NCBI GenBank assembly: GCA_050015675.1
Contig: JBEKAY010000017.1
Coordinates: 2,581 to 66,580, forward strand
Length of the DNA: 64,000 bases
From: Bacteroidota bacterium
Lineage (GTDB): Bacteria; Bacteroidota; Ignavibacteria; UBA10030
Reading direction: 5' to 3'
Part shown: one piece after another, positions 60,196-64,000 of the stretch
How positions within the stretch are numbered: the first letter of the stretch is position 1
Layout of the letters: each line of letters starts with the position of its first letter
Notes under the pieces: model-generated
The model's input: only the letters and a program-made list of their open reading frames with translations
What the model was told of the DNA's origin: nothing
The model's database searches: none
Made by a program: the position numbers and the translations under genes

Positions 60196-61260
60196 ATGAA
60201 CTCCCATAAAACAAAATCCATCTTCACAGTGTTCTCGGGATATCTCTTTTGGATTATCCTCGATACGTTGTATTGGATTTATTATCAGCCAGAAAAATTT
60301 ACAGCTATTTTACAGACCAATTCAACAAAATTAATTCCAGGGCTTATAATATGTGCTTTTCTTGTTTTTGTACAATTGAAAATAATTATTAAATATCCGT
60401 CCAAGATTTTTCTTTCAGTGTTTTTTATATTTATTACCGCTCTTCTCTTTTCAATAATACAGGCATTTATCAACGCACTGATTTACAATTATTGGATAAA
60501 TGATACATTGTACCTTCAGGTAAACAACTTTCTATGGAGTGTTATTAATTGTTTTATTGTTTTGCTGGGACTGACAGGATTACTTTATGTTTCCTATTAC
60601 CGCAACCTCATCATACAACAAAAAGAGCAAATTGCACGGACCAAGGCACTGGCAGATGAAGCACAATTAATAATGTTACGATATCAAATTAATCCACATT
60701 TCCTGTTTAATGCGTTAAATGCGATTCAGTCTATGATCGAGAAGGATAAAATTCGTGCTAAAGATATGATTGCAGATCTATCAGATTTTTTCCGATATAC
60801 ACTTTCCAAAAACAATCAGATGTCCGTTCCACTCAAAGAGGAACTTGATGCAATCCAAAAATATTTGGCAATACAGAAGGAACGTTTTGCGGATAAACTC
60901 GACATAGAATACGAGATAGATAAAGATTCGTTGGAACTCAAAATACCCTTTTTTATTATTCATCCATTGGTTGAAAATGCAATTAAATACGGATTCCTTA
61001 CCAACGATGATGTTCTCCGATTGTTGATCAAGGTCACGCGAAACGGGCAGACACTCAGTATTCTCGTCAAAAATACCGGCAGGCTTGTTTCATCGCAGCA
61101 GATCAAAGATAAAGAATTGATCAGTACAAAAACCGGAATTGACAATATTAAAAAACGCTTGTCGTTATTTTATCCCGATTGTTCTGCATTCGAATTGTTC
61201 GAAAAAGACCAATGGGTTCATGCACTGATTACTATTACGCATCAGAGTATGTCCGTATGA
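60196..61260 (+). CDS. LytS-type sensor histidine kinase (His_kinase plus HATPase_c)
   Basis: N-terminal TM helices. LRYQINPHFLFNALNAIQ H-box region. Confidence 0.85.
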   Translation: MNSHKTKSIFTVFSGYLFWIILDTLYWIYYQPEKFTAILQTNSTKLIPGLIICAFLVFVQLKIIIKYPSKIFLSVFFIFITALLFSIIQAFINALIYNYWINDTLYLQVNNFLWSVINCFIVLLGLTGLLYVSYYRNLIIQQKEQIARTKALADEAQLIMLRYQINPHFLFNALNAIQSMIEKDKIRAKDMIADLSDFFRYTLSKNNQMSVPLKEELDAIQKYLAIQKERFADKLDIEYEIDKDSLELKIPFFIIHPLVENAIKYGFLTNDDVLRLLIKVTRNGQTLSILVKNTGRLVSSQQIKDKELISTKTGIDNIKKRLSLFYPDCSAFELFEKDQWVHALITITHQSMSV

Positions 61261-61967
61261 AAGCGTTAATCGTAGAAGATGAGCCGTTAGCTGTGGATAA
61301 TCTTACATACTATTTAAGAGAGTATCCAATAGAAATTATCGGCGCTATTCATAGGATTCGAGACGCAGTAAGATTGATTCATAAAGAACAGCCGGATGTT
61401 GTTTTTTTGGATATAAATTTATCAGGAGAAAATGGTTTTGATTTGCTTGATAAGGTTGATATTAATTTCAAAATTATATTTGTTACCGCGTATGACGAAT
61501 ATGCCGTGAGAGCGTTTGAAGTCAATGCGTTGGATTATATTCTGAAACCGCTCAAGAAAGAGAGAATTGCCAAAGCGATAGAAAAGTTGCTGAATCAAAC
61601 TCATGATGAAGTCATTCATAAAAAATATACGATTGATGATACAATATTTCTTTCAACAGGAAGCAGGGCTTGTTTTGTGAAGCTCAAAGATATTTGTTAT
61701 ATCCAGGCAGACAGTTGTTATTCAAAATTATTTTTGTCTGAAACTGTTTACAGGTCATCAACTCAAACGCTGAAGAGATGGGAAGAGCTCCTGCCGGGAA
61801 ATGAGTTCCTTCGTGTTCACCGTTCTTTCATTCTCAACATTAATCATATTGGCGAGATTAAAAAGAGAAAGAATGGTACCTATTCCGTTATTCTTCTCGG
61901 TATGAAAAACTCAATTGAAATAAGCAGGAGGTTCGCCTCCAATCTAAAAAATAGATTGAGTTTATAA
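61257..61967 (+). CDS. LytTR-family response regulator
   Basis: Start at ATG 61257 (ATGA overlap with the kinase stop), giving MKALIVEDEPLA. Receiver aspartate context VVFLDINL. LytTR block FLRVHRSFILN. Confidence 0.9.
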   Translation: MKALIVEDEPLAVDNLTYYLREYPIEIIGAIHRIRDAVRLIHKEQPDVVFLDINLSGENGFDLLDKVDINFKIIFVTAYDEYAVRAFEVNALDYILKPLKKERIAKAIEKLLNQTHDEVIHKKYTIDDTIFLSTGSRACFVKLKDICYIQADSCYSKLFLSETVYRSSTQTLKRWEELLPGNEFLRVHRSFILNINHIGEIKKRKNGTYSVILLGMKNSIEISRRFASNLKNRLSL

Positions 61968-62492
61968 TTCCACCTTCCTTTAACAATTCCCTGATGATTC
62001 GACTATCTGCTTAGAAATCCTTTCACTACCGTATTGCTAAAAGTGTTTGGGTAACAGATGTTACGCACGGCAGAAACAGTACCTAATAAAATAAGATTGT
62101 CATAGTCGGGCATCTATCTTTCTGGATTTCCTCTAATGCCAAAGGCATGCCTTCGGCAAAACGTGAGGGAATGACAGTTGTTCGTTTCCTCTTTGCGTAA
62201 CGTGAGTTAGGTAATTATAAGATAAACGGCAATCTTTCCATTCTATCTAATTTGCAATTATCCTCTCTCTTCAGTCCATTCGCTTAATTTTTTAACCGCT
62301 TACTAAAAGTAAGTGGTAATTACCATATTTCTCACATAATATATCGTGGGAAACGGATCCTAGTAGATCATTGATTGAAACAAAATATAATATGTGTGTT
62401 CATCGTCTAGAGACAAGTAGTAGGAGTTTTAAAAAGAAGATGTTTTTCAGTTCGATAATTTTGGGACAATAATTTAAAGAAAGGAAATTTTT

Positions 62493-63962
62493 ATGAAAAG
62501 TTTATTAATTAGTGTCTATGCCTTGTTCGTAACAGTATGCTTTGGACAAGCCATACCTGATTCTGCACGTTATTTAGGACAAACTCCGCCGGGCAATACA
62601 CCTAAAGTCTTTCAACTTCCCGTTAGTAGTGGATTATTTGCAGCAGAACGAATCGCCATTTCGCCCGATGGTAAAGAGATCTATTATACTGAGCTGAATA
62701 CTTACCCTCCTTCAACATTGAGAATCAAATACTTCAAGTATTCCAATAACCAATGGAGCGGTCCATTTAATTTGTTTGAGGGCTATATGGCCCCCGGACT
62801 ATCTCTCAGTGGTGATACATTATTTTTCCAAAAAAATCAGAACGGCTCAGGTACTCCTTATACTTATTTTTCTGTAAGAAATGATACTGTTTGGAGTAGT
62901 CCATCCAAATTCATGACAGGCAATAAGTTTTATATGCACTATTTACAAATCACAAATTTCGGGAATTATTATCTATCCTCCAATCCTCCGGGAAGTATTG
63001 GTGGGTTGGACTGGTGTAGATTAGTCGTTAGTAATACTGATACGACCATCCAGAGCCTAGGCCTTCCATTAAATACATCTAGCAATAATGCTGACTTTTA
63101 TATTGCAAAAAACGAATCATTCATTATTAGTCCAATTGATAATTCATCGGGCAGGCCTATGTACATAAGCTATCATAAAAATGACGGAAGTTGGACCAAC
63201 CCTAAAAGGTTAGGTTCGTCGGTAAACTTTTCCACCTGGAATTGGGGCACTTATGTTTCATCGGATAATAAATATCTATTTTTTACTACGGGGACTAAAT
63301 CAGATTATTCAGATACCTATGTGTATTGGGTCCGTATAGATAGTATGATTGATAATTTAAAGCATACTAATTTTATACCGTATGTAAAAAATCCAATACC
63401 CAACCAAACAGATACTGTCGGGCGTTCGTTTAATTATCAAATTCCCGACAGCACGTTTATTGATGATGACGGGAACAATACAATAAGCTATGCTGCTACG
63501 CTGAGTAATGGAAAACCTTTACCTGCCTGGTTGCATTTCGAACCTTCAACACGAATCTTTTCAGGTTTACCTGATACAGCGGCAGCATTCTATATAAAGG
63601 TTACAGCTACCGATACAGCAAAGGCAAATATTTCATGCACCTTTAGAATTACTGTTGTCAACCCTACCGGAGTAGAGGAAAATAAAGAAAGACCTCCGAA
63701 AGAATTGATGCTATATCAGAACTATCCTGATCCTTTTAATCCAACAACCACAATTGCATTTTATCTTCCATCAAAATCGTACGTATCGCTAAAGATATTT
63801 GACATCATTGGAAGAGAAGTAGCAACCATTATCTCCGAAGAAATGTCAGCAGGAAGTTATTCAAAACAATGGAATGCGGCAAATACGCCGAGCGGAGTTT
63901 ATTTTTATCGTTTACAAGCTCGCTCATTTTCGCAAACCAAAAAACTCGTTTTGCTTAGATGA
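62493..63962 (+). CDS. Secreted protein with TolB-like N-terminal region, dystroglycan/cadherin-like Ig domain and T9SS C-terminal sorting domain
   Basis: Signal peptide. ISPDGKEIYYTE. The Ig-like segment reads SYAATLSNGKPLPAWLHFEPSTRIFSGLP. The C-terminal sorting domain reads YPDPFNPTT...GVYFYRLQARSFSQTKKLVLLR. Confidence 0.8.
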   Translation: MKSLLISVYALFVTVCFGQAIPDSARYLGQTPPGNTPKVFQLPVSSGLFAAERIAISPDGKEIYYTELNTYPPSTLRIKYFKYSNNQWSGPFNLFEGYMAPGLSLSGDTLFFQKNQNGSGTPYTYFSVRNDTVWSSPSKFMTGNKFYMHYLQITNFGNYYLSSNPPGSIGGLDWCRLVVSNTDTTIQSLGLPLNTSSNNADFYIAKNESFIISPIDNSSGRPMYISYHKNDGSWTNPKRLGSSVNFSTWNWGTYVSSDNKYLFFTTGTKSDYSDTYVYWVRIDSMIDNLKHTNFIPYVKNPIPNQTDTVGRSFNYQIPDSTFIDDDGNNTISYAATLSNGKPLPAWLHFEPSTRIFSGLPDTAAAFYIKVTATDTAKANISCTFRITVVNPTGVEENKERPPKELMLYQNYPDPFNPTTTIAFYLPSKSYVSLKIFDIIGREVATIISEEMSAGSYSKQWNAANTPSGVYFYRLQARSFSQTKKLVLLR

Positions 63963-64000
63963 TAGTATATGTTATCGGATAGACTTTTTATCTGAAAGGA

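Overview
This 64 kb chromosomal segment looks like it comes from an FCB-group bacterium (Ignavibacteriota/Bacteroidota-like). That placement is an inference from two T9SS C-terminal sorting domains, an ECF-sigma/FecR/STN-TonB-receptor/DUF4249 locus, and lpxB-lpxK. Most of the window is housekeeping: glgP, smc, lpxB, lpxK, ppdK, queA, ispD, plsY, gpsA, gmd, hemW, folA, thyX, speB, purA and murA. I recognised no rRNA, tRNA, CRISPR array, integrase or prophage. The main accessory region is an A+T-richer island at about 26.25-36.6 kb. Its left edge is a 5'-truncated group II intron (reverse-transcriptase C-terminus plus an intact-looking domain V). It carries a leaderless protein of five ~52-aa repeats (propeller-like), a tandemly duplicated DUF4249 lipoprotein gene whose duplication junction holds an intron-adjacent ~89-nt repeat, an STN-TonB-dependent receptor, FecR, an S8 peptidase lipoprotein, a second lipoprotein, and a divergent ECF sigma factor. 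Other observations worth a second look: (1) a sigma/CPBP-protease/anti-sigma module containing a decayed copy of the sigma gene's 3' end; (2) a GH2-like protein whose two catalytic glutamates appear substituted, fused to a polytopic membrane domain and start/stop-overlapped with smc; (3) several families of short intergenic palindromes, together with a single RAYT-like Y1 transposase gene bracketed by direct repeats; (4) a G+C-rich single-gene islet. I did not find a clear-cut novel multi-gene system (for example a defence system). All homology calls rest on motifs read by eye, and all identities were counted by hand. Nothing was searched against a database.
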